Positions 28,383 to 38,212 of a stretch of 64,000 nt of DNA are shown one piece after another (position 1 is the stretch's first letter; each line of letters opens with the position of its first letter). The stretch is from Fibrobacteria bacterium (GTDB lineage: Bacteria; Fibrobacterota; Fibrobacteria; UBA11236). The stretch is from positions 20,851-84,850 of the forward strand of contig JAYTHY010000074.1 in assembly GCA_043732185.1 (NCBI GenBank), given 5' to 3'. The notes beneath the pieces were generated by a model. It saw only the letters and a program-made list of their open reading frames with translations, was not told the DNA's origin and did not search any database. The position numbers and the translations under genes are program-made.

Positions 28383-29465
28383 ATGCGTCTCATGCAATCA
28401 CCACGCATTATCATCGCCGATGATTCAATAGTTGTTCGAATGATATTGAATCGCCTGTTGACAGCCGACCTACACGCGGAAGTCATCATGGCAGCCAATG
28501 GCGAAATTGTTTTGGAAAAAACAGCTGCGATGCTGCCGGATCTGGTGATTTTAGACGTGGAAATGCCAAGGATGAATGGGCTGGACACGCTGCGAACTTT
28601 GCGCAAACTGCATCCCCGTCTGCCCATTATCATGTTGAGCGCCGTGACCGAAGTGGATGCCGGGGTCACTATTTAAGCACTGTCTCTTGGGGCCACCGAC
28701 TTCCTAAGCAAAGAGGGACATTTTAAAACCGGCGATGTCCCCATAGCCTATCTCCGAAAGGAATTGATTCCAAAAATAACCGGGCTTCTTGAATCAAACT
28801 ACCACGGCAAATCTACCGCCCCTACCCGCCCTTTAAGCCCAGACTCCCACGTCCACATTCACAAAACTTTGGCCTCCAGCCCGAAGGCGCTCCACTCTAT
28901 TTCGATTTTAACCGTAGCAGTTTCTACGGGCGGTCCATTAACTTTAGAGCGCATATTGAGCGCCTTGCCGGCGAGTTTAAGTATCCCGATTGTCATTGTC
29001 CAGCATATCCCCGCCGAGTTTTCCGGTCAGCTTGCTTTGAGCCTCGCAAAAAAATGCAGCATTAAAATCATGCATTGCCAGGACGGAATGGAGTTGGAAA
29101 AGGGCTGCGCCTATGTAGCGCAGGGCGGTCTGCATATGGAGGTTCGCAAAGAACTGAATCGGTTTTATCTTAAAATGCATTCAGGACCGCCCGAGAACTC
29201 TTGCCGACCCTCCGGGGATGTGCTTTTTCGTTCGGTTGCCATGGCCTTCGGCCCAAAAGTATTGGCTTTGGTTCTAACCGGAATGGGGCAAGATGGCCTT
29301 AAAGGCTGCGAAGCCATTAAAGGTATCGGCGGCTATGTTTTAGTCCAGGATGAAGCCAGCAGCGTTGTATGGGGCATGCCCGGCGCCGTTTTCAAGGCCG
29401 GCCTTGCAGATGAAATATTGCCTCTGGAAAAAATCGCTGGCCGAATCCTGGCCCTATTGGAGTAA
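28383..29465 (+). pseudogene. cheB: chemotaxis response regulator protein-glutamate methylesterase (CheB) interrupted by one in-frame TAA at 28674-28676
   Basis: REC domain RIIIADDSIVVRMIL..DLVILDVEMPRMNGLDTL..PIIMLSAVTEVDAGVTI, then TAA, then ALSLGATDFLSKE.. in the same frame, collinear with E. coli CheB (..SEVTLRALELGAIDFVTKP). Methylesterase domain ..AVSTGGP.., IVQHIPAEF, ..GDVLFRSVA.., LTGMGQDG with catalytic S/H/D. The stop sits where K/Q/E/R is usually found. Confidence 0.7.
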
Positions 29466-29504
29466 CCCAAAAGGCCAGGCAAGCGCCAACAGCAATGCTT
29501 CAGC

Positions 29505-32201
29505 TTACTTCTTAATTGCCAGTGCAGCGGCCTTGGGCAGAGTAGCCGGATGAATCCGGCGACGGTCCCACCAAACTACAAACGGGCAGGCCACGGCGAT
29601 AGTGGAATAGGTGCCTACTACGACGCCGATAACCATCGCGATGCTGAAGTCACGAACCGACGAGGCGCCCATGATGGAGAGAACCAGCACGGTGAAGAGC
29701 ACAGTTAAATGGGTGATTATACTTCGGCTCAAGCATTGGTTATTGGCATTGTTTACGCGGGTTGCAAAACTTTCCTTTGAGCTTGCCACGCCGGTCAGTT
29801 CCCGGATCCTATCGAAGATAACGATGGAATCATTCAAGGAATACCCGATAATGGTCAAGATAGCGGCCACAAAGTCCAAGGAGATTTCCATCCCAAATAA
29901 GGCGAACAAACCGAGCGTGATTATACTGTCATGGATAAGTCCCAACACGCCGCCTACGCCAAAGCCGAGTCCATTTCGCCCAAAGCGGAACCAGATATAC
30001 AGCACGATAAGAACCAACGCGGCCAGAATAGACATGATGGCGGAACGCCGCAAATCCTTGCCAACCGAGGGCCCAACAGTATCTTCGCCTTCAATAGTGG
30101 CGCCGATAACGGCTTTCTCAACCAGAGCTTTGGTTTTAGCATCTTCACCGGTTTTGGGTAGGAAGATAAGCAGGCGATTTTCGTTTTGACTTCCTAGAGT
30201 CTGAACGCGTGGATCTTCAAGGCCAGCAGCCTCGATTTCCTTACGCACTTTTTCGATATCTGGCAGTTGCTCGAATTTAACGCGATAGACATTTCCACCG
30301 GTAAAGTCGATGCCGAAGTGCAAGCCTCTAACCGCAACGGCACCCAAAGCCAAGGCGAACACGGCGATGGACAAGCCCACATAATACCGGGCCCAGGGAA
30401 TAACTTTGATGTCTACAGTATGAAACCAGGTAATGCCTTTTCCGATGGACAAAACCTTTATATCGCGACGAGCCAAGATGTAATCGAATACTAAGCGCGA
30501 CACTCCGATTGCCGTATATAAGGAGGCGGAAATACCCACCATCAAGGTTAGCCCGAAGCCTTTAATAGGACCAATGCCGATGTAGTAGAGAATTGCCGCG
30601 GTACCCAAAGTGGTCACGTTGGAATCGAAAATGGCACTGAAGGCTTTCTTATAGCCTGCATCAATGGCAGCCCGCACGCTGCGACCGTTGCGAAGTTCTT
30701 CACGAATACGCTCAAAGATCAGTACGTTAGAATCCACAGCCATACCAATGGTGAGCACTATACCGGCAATGCCAGGCAAGGTCAACGTGGCATGAAAGGC
30801 GCTTAAAACTGCAAAGAGCAGAATCATGTTTAAAAAGAGAGCCAAGTCCGCGATGAGACCCGCGCCCTTATAATAGAAGGCCATGAAAGCCGCAACGAGC
30901 GCCAAAGCCACGACGGCGGCCAAGAGTCCCTTTTTAATATTGTCTTCACCCAAGGTAGGGCCTACAGAACGCAATTCAGCGATTTGCATCGGGGCCGGCA
31001 AGGAACCGGCACGCAAGGTCACGGACAATTGCTTGGCTTCCTTCATGTCGCCAATTCCAGTGATGGATGCACGCCCATTGGGAATACGTCCTTGAATAAC
31101 AGGGGCGGAATACACCACAGAGTCCAGGACAATGGCCAGCTGACGGCCGATATTGGCTCCTGTCACTCGGCCAAACTCCTTAGGACCCAACCCTTTAAAA
31201 GTTAGGCTGACTTCGGTTTCTCCAGCGTTCATTCCGCCGGAAAGCCTTTGGGGACGGGCATCGGCAATGGTTGCACCGGTCATTTCCGGACGGCGCTTTA
31301 GCAAATACAAGCGCCGGGTTTTACCCCCGCCTTGCTGCACTTCAACATCGCGTCCCCAGAGGAATTGATAACGCGCGGGGATGAGTTGCTGCACTTCCGG
31401 ATCTTCCAAAATACGCTTAGCCTTATCGACATTCTCGGCCTTGACCGCAATATCGCGGCCCATGCTAACTAAGAGTGAGCCAAAGGGGCGGTTCTTAAAA
31501 AATTCGGAGGCGGTTTCGCTGGTATCAGCAGCGGAATCGGTTTTTTTCAAGCTGTCATTGGCAGCAACTTTCGTGGTGTCTTTGGCCCCTATAGCACTGA
31601 CCGATTTTGTGGAATCCGTAGCCATAACACGGCCGAACATATCAGCAACGGCTCGGGATGTATCACTAGCCTGTTTCGTGCCTGCCATAGGCTTGCCACC
31701 GGAGCGGCGATTGAGGAATCCGTCGATTTTATCCAGAACGGGTTTGAACTCCGTCGCTTCAGGAACCAATTTGAATTCAAGCAGCGCTGTGGCACCGATG
31801 AGTCTACGCGCATCCTCTGCGCCCATACCTGCCAAATCTGCTACAATGCGGTTTTCACCGGAACGGGTGATCATGGGCTCGCTCAATCCGTATTGATCGA
31901 CGCGATTTCGGAGAATCTCCAAAGAACGATCCATCACGTCCTTCTGGGCATCCTTATCCAGTTTATCCTTCTGCACTTCTACAATAATATGCGTACCGCC
32001 CGCTAAGTCCAGGCCTAGGTTGATAGCCTTGGCGGCCATTTCCGGATGTTCACGCTTATAAATTTCCCGAGTGCGCTGTTCCAGGGGTAGGTTGGCGTCA
32101 TTCTTCTTAGAAAAGACCATCAAGGTCGGGAAGAGACTAATGCCACACAATACCAGAACAACGATCAGCAATACGGTACGAAAACCTGTTTCCCTTTTCA
32201 T
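29505..32201 (-). CDS. secDF: protein translocase subunit SecD-SecF, fused single polypeptide
   Basis: 898 aa. SecD N-terminus MKRETGFRTVLLIVVLVLCGISLFP...INLGLDLAGGTHIIVEV, then the periplasmic domain and 6 TM. The second half shows the SecF pattern (..GIDFTGGNVYRV.., ..FGVGGVLGLIHDSIITLGLFA..). Confidence 0.92.
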   Translation of the reverse strand: MKRETGFRTVLLIVVLVLCGISLFPTLMVFSKKNDANLPLEQRTREIYKREHPEMAAKAINLGLDLAGGTHIIVEVQKDKLDKDAQKDVMDRSLEILRNRVDQYGLSEPMITRSGENRIVADLAGMGAEDARRLIGATALLEFKLVPEATEFKPVLDKIDGFLNRRSGGKPMAGTKQASDTSRAVADMFGRVMATDSTKSVSAIGAKDTTKVAANDSLKKTDSAADTSETASEFFKNRPFGSLLVSMGRDIAVKAENVDKAKRILEDPEVQQLIPARYQFLWGRDVEVQQGGGKTRRLYLLKRRPEMTGATIADARPQRLSGGMNAGETEVSLTFKGLGPKEFGRVTGANIGRQLAIVLDSVVYSAPVIQGRIPNGRASITGIGDMKEAKQLSVTLRAGSLPAPMQIAELRSVGPTLGEDNIKKGLLAAVVALALVAAFMAFYYKGAGLIADLALFLNMILLFAVLSAFHATLTLPGIAGIVLTIGMAVDSNVLIFERIREELRNGRSVRAAIDAGYKKAFSAIFDSNVTTLGTAAILYYIGIGPIKGFGLTLMVGISASLYTAIGVSRLVFDYILARRDIKVLSIGKGITWFHTVDIKVIPWARYYVGLSIAVFALALGAVAVRGLHFGIDFTGGNVYRVKFEQLPDIEKVRKEIEAAGLEDPRVQTLGSQNENRLLIFLPKTGEDAKTKALVEKAVIGATIEGEDTVGPSVGKDLRRSAIMSILAALVLIVLYIWFRFGRNGLGFGVGGVLGLIHDSIITLGLFALFGMEISLDFVAAILTIIGYSLNDSIVIFDRIRELTGVASSKESFATRVNNANNQCLSRSIITHLTVLFTVLVLSIMGASSVRDFSIAMVIGVVVGTYSTIAVACPFVVWWDRRRIHPATLPKAAALAIKK

Positions 32202-32375
32202 TAGGCTACTGATTCCTTCATCTCAAAACCGTTGAAAAAATCAACCATCCCGGGAAGATCTTCCTGGGCTAAGTGGTTGAAAAACCGGCAGGAATATAGA
32301 AAAGACATCCCTATTTGCCAGTCATCTTGAGCAATGGATTGGGGTTGGGCTGGAACAGAGCCTTTCGGCTTGTAC

Positions 32376-33071
32376 TCAGGTGAGCTTTTGTCGGTAGGAC
32401 TGGAGCAGAAACTCAAATTCCGGATTTCGGCGTAAAAGATCCAGATCCGGATCTTGGAGCAGCCAGTCAAAATCGGAGAATCCTTTGCACAACGCCATGG
32501 TTATGGCTGCTAAAGCCTGTTCCCGTTTGGATTGCAGAGAATAATAACAGGCGAGGTCGTAGTAGGCGGCCGTGCATTCTGGATCCAGTAAGATGGCCCG
32601 TTTACAGGCGACAACACTTTCTTCCATGTCACCGGGCTTTTTAAGGAGGGAACCAAGCAAAATAAAAGCCGGGGCAAACCGGGGATTCAGTGTCAAACTG
32701 CGGCGGCAATGAAATTCGGATTGAGAAAAATGCTGCAAACTTTTATACACACCGGCCAGACAGTAATGGGTTTCAAAGGTATCCAAACCGCTGTTCAACG
32801 CCAGCGACAGGCATTCCACAGCATCCTCATACAGATACGCATCCGCGAATTCAAGTCCCCGATCAAATAACCACTTGGCTTCCGGGGCATCCGGGACGGG
32901 CGCACCCGCACTATTTGACGGAAGAAATTTTTCCAAAATGTTCATTGCCGCAGAAATCTTTCCCGCCTGGAAAAGAAGATCGGAAAGCTCCTGATAGAGC
33001 GCCCTATCCTCCCCGGAAGATTTGATTCTCTCCCTGAGAGCTCCGACTTGGTCCTTTAAGCAATCGTCCAT
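32376..33071 (-). CDS. TPR-repeat protein
   Basis: Several 34-aa TPR-like units (..YLYEDAVECLSLALNSGLDTFETHYCLAGVYKSLQHFSQSEFHCRRSLTLNP..AFILLGSLLKKPGDMEESVVACKRAILLDP..AAYYDLACYY..). I prefer Met at 33071 (MDDCLKD); the longer track ORF (to 33218) begins in non-coding-looking sequence. Confidence 0.65.
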   Translation of the reverse strand: MDDCLKDQVGALRERIKSSGEDRALYQELSDLLFQAGKISAAMNILEKFLPSNSAGAPVPDAPEAKWLFDRGLEFADAYLYEDAVECLSLALNSGLDTFETHYCLAGVYKSLQHFSQSEFHCRRSLTLNPRFAPAFILLGSLLKKPGDMEESVVACKRAILLDPECTAAYYDLACYYSLQSKREQALAAITMALCKGFSDFDWLLQDPDLDLLRRNPEFEFLLQSYRQKLT

Positions 33072-33271
33072 AAACCCCGGCTTATGCCCTGTTTTCGGTT
33101 TGGGTCTAATCTCAAATAAAATATAGTGCGGGTAGGCGGGTACCGGGCGACAAAAGTCGAAAAAGGCACTTTTTCTTAATTCAGCCCTAATTCCATTAGA
33201 TTCACAAATAATTGACAAAAAAAGAATTAAAGTCGACTCGAAATATGCCGATATACTAAGCAGGAGTAGAC

Positions 33272-33652
33272 ATGAGTATGGTCGTCAACCCAGTCACCCG
33301 AAGCCTTAACCTCCCTCCTTCGCCAGTTGTGCCATCGGACACGGTGGGGGCAGATGAAGTCGCGGCAAAAGCAGTAGAAACCACCAAAGTGACCGCTGCA
33401 CCTGAGTCTGGGAATCCAGCCCCTCACGGTGGCACTTCGGGTCAACCTGGCCTGGGTGATCATGTCGATGTATACGCTGCAGAGGCTGCAAAAATATCCG
33501 CGGAGAAAATCACACAAAGCCTGCTTGGAAAAGAGGGCGAGACCCCCAAAGGCATTGAACCCCCATCCAAGGAAGATTTTCCGTTCTTAACGCTTCTGGG
33601 TGATTCCACCCCACATAAAACTCCTGGCCACGTAATCGATACGACTGTTTAA
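33272..33652 (+). CDS. small low-complexity (Pro/Gly/Ala/Glu-rich) hypothetical protein
   Basis: 126 aa with an AGGAG ribosome-binding site about 8 nt upstream of the ATG. Predicted disordered. An overlapping antisense ORF (33227..33517) is rejected in its favour. Confidence 0.4.
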   Translation: MSMVVNPVTRSLNLPPSPVVPSDTVGADEVAAKAVETTKVTAAPESGNPAPHGGTSGQPGLGDHVDVYAAEAAKISAEKITQSLLGKEGETPKGIEPPSKEDFPFLTLLGDSTPHKTPGHVIDTTV

Positions 33653-33696
33653 TATTTTGGTATCCTGAAGTCCACTCTATTGGTATCATCAGGGCT

Positions 33697-34521
33697 ATGC
33701 CATGGAAACGCCTGAAAAGGAGTCTTTTCCGTTTAATCGGTTCTAAAGGATACCAGGCTGTTCATGCGGGTTACTTTTTTGCGCGCATGTTTCGGGCCTT
33801 GCGAATGCCCCAATATGCTCAAGGCTTTTTCGGAGCGGACTTGCTTGCGTTCGCCGCGCGCCTCAAACCCGGTGACCGCGTACTCGATATAGGTGCCTTT
33901 TTGGGCGCCTCGACCGTACTGTTTGCCAATGCTGTAGGGAAATCCGGCCTGGTTCTGGCTTTTGAGCCCGTTCACGGTAAGTTGTTAAAAAGGGTTTTGT
34001 TCCCCTTCCGACTTCGACAGGTTTCACTTCAACCCATTGGCGTCGGGGCGGAAAATATTTCCACCGATTTTTTGATACCCATTTATTTTGGTGTGCCGCT
34101 TTATTCGCAATCCGGATTTTCCAATTCCTACGCTGCCGAAAATATCGGTCCCGGATATTCCTTCCAAAAACGCAGGGTGGAAATTATCCGTCTCGATGAT
34201 TTTTTAGCGCGCCAGAACCTGGCTCCCGAGTCCATAGCCGCAGTAAAAATCGATGTGGAAGGATCGGAAATGTCCCTATTTGCCGGAGGGGAAAACTTCT
34301 TCCAACGATTCCAAGGATTGCTTCTATGCGAATTCTGGTTCAATCAAGTTCCGCCTCCGGGTTGGACCTGGCTTCGTGAACAAGGGTATCTTTGCCGTTA
34401 CCTTGGTAAAAACGGACAATGGCTGCCTGCCAATACCTCAGATGAAATGCGGGAGATTTGCCACGGGGAAACGTATGGTAATTTCTTTTTTAGTTCAAGG
34501 CATGGGCATTTCTTCGCCTAA
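33697..34521 (+). CDS. FkbM-family SAM-dependent methyltransferase
   Basis: ..GDRVLDIGAFLGASTVLFANAVGKSGLVLAFEPV.. and ..AAVKIDVEGSEMSLF.. are the two hallmark FkbM blocks. Confidence 0.8.
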   Translation: MPWKRLKRSLFRLIGSKGYQAVHAGYFFARMFRALRMPQYAQGFFGADLLAFAARLKPGDRVLDIGAFLGASTVLFANAVGKSGLVLAFEPVHGKLLKRVLFPFRLRQVSLQPIGVGAENISTDFLIPIYFGVPLYSQSGFSNSYAAENIGPGYSFQKRRVEIIRLDDFLARQNLAPESIAAVKIDVEGSEMSLFAGGENFFQRFQGLLLCEFWFNQVPPPGWTWLREQGYLCRYLGKNGQWLPANTSDEMREICHGETYGNFFFSSRHGHFFA

Positions 34522-35004
34522 TCGGTAGAGCCACAGGGTGAGCTTGCCTAATCGAGCCAAACTTTTGGCATCTTGAAGACCAATACCATCCGTGCAGGAA
34601 AAACAATTCTTGCAATCCAGCGACAAGGAATCGGTCTTAACTGAAAAAGCGTACCCATCGTTCTTGAGGCAAGTAAAATGCTGCACGCCCTTCCAACGCT
34701 GCGTGAGCGATAATAGGAGCTGAGCAGTATCTTTCTGCGTTGGAGAAAAGGCTTTTTTGTGTATGGCTCTTTCAAAGCCATTTTCTGTTTCCAGTTGGCT
34801 TTCGACCCCCATTCCGATCTTGCTGGATTCGATTTTCAAGACGCCAACGGAGTCCAAAGTGAATGCCATCAGGCGTTCCACGGTATCAGCTGAGCGCATC
34901 GCGTAGGCTACTTTAGCCTGTTCGGCGGCCAAAACCCGGCGAGCTGGGAAAGGCAAGGTCAAAAAACCTAACCCCAATAAAAAGAAAGCTCGTTTCAGGG
35001 GCAA
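34495..35004 (-). CDS. secreted cysteine-containing hypothetical protein
   Basis: Signal peptide MPLKRAFFLLGLGFLTLPFPARRVLAAEQA and four Cys in the C-terminal part (CKNCFSC). The 3-prime end overlaps the convergent FkbM gene by 27 nt. Confidence 0.45.
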   Translation of the reverse strand: MPLKRAFFLLGLGFLTLPFPARRVLAAEQAKVAYAMRSADTVERLMAFTLDSVGVLKIESSKIGMGVESQLETENGFERAIHKKAFSPTQKDTAQLLLSLTQRWKGVQHFTCLKNDGYAFSVKTDSLSLDCKNCFSCTDGIGLQDAKSLARLGKLTLWLYRLGEEMPMP

Positions 35005-35197
35005 AGGGCCTCGCCTTGTTTAAACAAAAAGTTGAGAACAAGTTAGTTCAGTTGTCGGAAGGGCACTACCAGGAGGTGATAAGCATCACATGCTTTTTAG
35101 GGCGTAAAGAGGGATTGTATTGTTTCGATTTGCCGAGTTGACAGAAACGCTGGAAAATGGTGTATTTACGGGATATCTTCGCAAGGAATTTTTCAGC

Positions 35198-36241
35198 ATG
35201 ACCTTTAGTATTCGCCTTTCAAATATCGCCTCCGTGACTGTTTTAACTTTATCCGTTTTACCCCGCATGACCTCGGCAGGAAATCTGGATGGCATTATCA
35301 AAGCCTTTGAAAACAACCGAGAATATGTGAAACCATTCGCTACACTTTTTGGGTCCATGACCAACTCCGGTTGGTATCAAAGCTCTGCCGTACCCGCAGG
35401 TTTTGGATTCTATCTGGGATTGCCGATTAATGTGACGGGGCTGTCCGATCAGGACCGTTCCTTTTCCTGGACGGCCGAAGACCCAGGTTGCAAGCTCTAT
35501 CATACCGACAATCCAACCGGTAAACAAACTTGTAAGGAAAGCTCCACCTATGATGCGCCCACGATCTTTGGACGTAAAAATGGGCCAATAACTTATTCCT
35601 CTGACTACAGTCCCATCAGCAAAACCATTTTTGACTCCACCGAAACCCCCTTGAGCGACGGCAAGCAAGAGTTGTCCAGTTTCAACTGGTTGCCGTTTGT
35701 AGAACCGCAGTTAAGTTTTTCATTCAAATACACGGAAATCAAGTTGCGGTATATCGGCTTGCCTTTGGACGCCTATGCCTTTTCCATGCCCGGCCTTGGC
35801 ATTCAACATGACTTGGCTTCATTCTTGCCTCCGCTTCCTTATCCCCTCACCTTTTCCGTGGCCGCCAATTTCACCTGGCTTTCGGCATCCTGGAAACCGG
35901 GCGGAAATATTTCCGGCACAATGGACTTGACCGGACAATCCCAATTCTTTGGCGTCTTAGCGGGCTATACCTATAAAAAATGGCTCGAGGTCTTTTTGGA
36001 AACGGGCTGGGAAAGCGCCAGTTTGAAAAGCGGTGGATCGCTGATTATTCATGACAACAGCACCACCAACCCGCAGCCGGATGAATCCGTTAAACCGAAT
36101 CTCAACCTGGACGGTCGTAATGGCTTCCGTCTCAATCTCAATGTGGCTTTTCACCTAGGCTATGATGCCGTATTCGGTCAAAATATGGGCGCTCAATTTG
36201 GAAATCAAATCGGCCTGCTCGCTTATCGTTATAAGAAATAG
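35198..36241 (+). CDS. secreted/outer-membrane hypothetical protein
   Basis: Start MTFSIRLSNIASVTVLTLSVLPRMTSA (signal peptide). Alternating hydrophobic/Tyr-Gly-rich beta-strand-like composition through to ...GLLAYRYKK. Probably a beta-barrel, but no family recognised. Confidence 0.5.
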   Translation: MTFSIRLSNIASVTVLTLSVLPRMTSAGNLDGIIKAFENNREYVKPFATLFGSMTNSGWYQSSAVPAGFGFYLGLPINVTGLSDQDRSFSWTAEDPGCKLYHTDNPTGKQTCKESSTYDAPTIFGRKNGPITYSSDYSPISKTIFDSTETPLSDGKQELSSFNWLPFVEPQLSFSFKYTEIKLRYIGLPLDAYAFSMPGLGIQHDLASFLPPLPYPLTFSVAANFTWLSASWKPGGNISGTMDLTGQSQFFGVLAGYTYKKWLEVFLETGWESASLKSGGSLIIHDNSTTNPQPDESVKPNLNLDGRNGFRLNLNVAFHLGYDAVFGQNMGAQFGNQIGLLAYRYKK

Positions 36242-36274
36242 GACTATTGGTATACCCTAAACAAGGAAACGACT

Positions 36275-36916
36275 ATGACTGCACTGAACCGGAACAAAAC
36301 AACTGCGCGACTTGCCCTATATGCCTTCACCGCCATTGCGATTTTAGGTCTGGGAGCCTGTGCGATTCAAGAAGGTACGGATCCCAACATTAGCGGCGGC
36401 CTAGTGGTGGCTGTTAGCGACACGTCTTCCATCAATTTGACATTCGACAATCTCGCGATGCAAACGTATTCCGATTCCGGCGAATTCAATCTGGATGATA
36501 TCCGTGCCCGGCTGAAGGACAAAGGCATCAACCCGGACTCGGTTACAATCACTGGCCTCAAAGTGACCTATGACGCCACCACTTCTGAATTCCTTACAGC
36601 CAATAGCGGTGTGCGTTATTACTTGGAAATTTTTACTCGGGATGGAATTGCCGGCCAAAAATTGCTCACTCTTCAAACCGGTAAGGATAGTGTAGGCACC
36701 TTAAAAGCCTTGAGCTTCGATCCTAAAATGGTCTTATTCGAATTGGAGAAACAGATTTTCCCGGCCGAAGCGGGTTACCCTGCAGTGAAGGCCGCCATTA
36801 AGGATGTCAATAAACACAGCCTCAAAGTTATTGCCGAATTGACCTTGTTGGAAACCCTTAAAACCAAGGGCATGCTTAAGCTTAATCTCGTTGTAACCGT
36901 GGCCGGTAAAGTTTAA
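36275..36916 (+). CDS. hypothetical lipoprotein
   Basis: MTALNRNKTTARLALYAFTAIAILGLGACAIQEG contains the lipobox LGLGAC. 213 aa. Likely co-transcribed with the preceding gene (34-nt gap). Confidence 0.55.
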   Translation: MTALNRNKTTARLALYAFTAIAILGLGACAIQEGTDPNISGGLVVAVSDTSSINLTFDNLAMQTYSDSGEFNLDDIRARLKDKGINPDSVTITGLKVTYDATTSEFLTANSGVRYYLEIFTRDGIAGQKLLTLQTGKDSVGTLKALSFDPKMVLFELEKQIFPAEAGYPAVKAAIKDVNKHSLKVIAELTLLETLKTKGMLKLNLVVTVAGKV

Positions 36917-36944
36917 CCCACTTGGATTGGAATAAAGCTTTTAT

Positions 36945-37538
36945 TTAGCGACGATTGAAGAGGTCTGCTTCGCTCTGGAATCTTCGCCAGTCCGACTCCA
37001 ATAGGGCGTAGTGGTATTCATCGCACCATTCGCCTTTGACAAAACAATTGTGGACCATGTGGCCTTCGCGCCGCATGCCCAACCGTTCCATCAACTTCCA
37101 TGACGCCTGATTGCGAATGTCAGAAACCGCCCAGATGCGGTAGGCTCCGAGCTTCCATAGGTATTCGATCAATCCCGTCACCGACTCTTGACCATAGCCT
37201 ACGCCATGAAATGCGACATTGAAATGAAATCCGATTTCCGCTTGCCGCTGGACAGCATCATTGATCCTAAAGGAAATATTACCTATCACCTTGCCACTGG
37301 ATTTTTCTCCTGGCTTCAGCACTACCGCAAACTCATTCCAAACCTCAAAAGTGCCGGGAAGCACCGCGGATTGGATTTCCAAATCGTCCCGAGTCTCTTC
37401 AAACGTAAACGCATTCCAGAATTCATATTTCGCAACTTCGGGTTCGGATAGGATTTCGAAGGCATCCTGCAAATCACTGGCCAAAAAACGGCGGATGAGA
37501 AGGCGAGGCGTTTCATACACTACTTCAATTTGGCTCAT
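36945..37538 (-). CDS. GNAT-family N-acetyltransferase (RimJ/RimL-like, Acetyltransf_3)
   Basis: ..TPRLLIRRFLASDLQDAFEILSEPEVAKYEFW.. N-terminal pattern, ..GNISFRINDAVQRQAEIGFHFNVAFHGVGYGQESVTGLIEYLW..GAYRIWAVSDIRNQASWKLMERLGMRREG motif A/B. Confidence 0.85.
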   Translation of the reverse strand: MSQIEVVYETPRLLIRRFLASDLQDAFEILSEPEVAKYEFWNAFTFEETRDDLEIQSAVLPGTFEVWNEFAVVLKPGEKSSGKVIGNISFRINDAVQRQAEIGFHFNVAFHGVGYGQESVTGLIEYLWKLGAYRIWAVSDIRNQASWKLMERLGMRREGHMVHNCFVKGEWCDEYHYALLESDWRRFQSEADLFNRR

Positions 37539-37621
37539 GAGGTTAGTTTAAATAGAAAACAGAAAATCGGAAAGGGGCATGCCCTGCCTTTCCAATGACA
37601 TAGCACCTCCTAGGAATCCAA

Positions 37622-38191
37622 ATGAAAATTACCGATAGTGGCATGCCCCCTGAAGACTTGTGGTCGAGTTTTTTTTCACCGCAAGAAATCCTCATAAAAT
37701 TGGGCGCGGCCTCAAATATGGCTCGCTTTGTTGATTTAGGCTGCGGCTACGGTACGTTTGCGATTCCGGCAGCCAAAATGTTTTCAGATTCTGAAATCAT
37801 CGCGATGGATATCGAAAATGAAATGATTGAAACGGTGACACGAAAAGCGCAGATGGAAAATGTGTCGAACCTAGTGGCCGTGCGTCGTGATTTTATTGCC
37901 GTGGGCACTGGGTTGGAGGATCAAAGTGTGGATTATGTTATGCTTTTCAATATTCTACATGCAGAAAATCCAATCAAGATTCTTGCCGAAGCCTTTCGCA
38001 TTCTCAAAAAAGGGGCTAAAGCCGGAATCATCCATTGGATCCATGACAGCAGCACACCGCGCGGACCTGCACTGAAAATTAGGCCCAAGCCGGAACAATG
38101 CCAAACTTGGGCCATAGAGGCCGGATTTAAAATAATCGACGAGAATGTTTCTCTGCCGCCCTATCATTACGGCATGCAGATCGCTAGTTGA
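37622..38191 (+). CDS. class I SAM-dependent methyltransferase
   Basis: ..RFVDLGCGYGTFAIPAAKMF (motif I), ..IIAMDIENEMIE (motif II), ..VDYVMLFNILHAENP. Confidence 0.8.
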   Translation: MKITDSGMPPEDLWSSFFSPQEILIKLGAASNMARFVDLGCGYGTFAIPAAKMFSDSEIIAMDIENEMIETVTRKAQMENVSNLVAVRRDFIAVGTGLEDQSVDYVMLFNILHAENPIKILAEAFRILKKGAKAGIIHWIHDSSTPRGPALKIRPKPEQCQTWAIEAGFKIIDENVSLPPYHYGMQIAS

Positions 38192-38212
38192 GCGGGATTT
38201 TCGTCAGCCAGA

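Noticed and set aside
29611-30189. 192-aa plus-strand ORF inside secDF
   Set aside because: Antisense to the conserved SecD TM region. It is a shadow ORF.
32201-32470. 89-aa ORF between the TPR gene and secDF, examined as a possible yajC
   Set aside because: The sequence bears no resemblance to YajC (no N-terminal TM plus KGD/GG motifs), and it overlaps the TPR gene end. Treated as an intergenic artefact.
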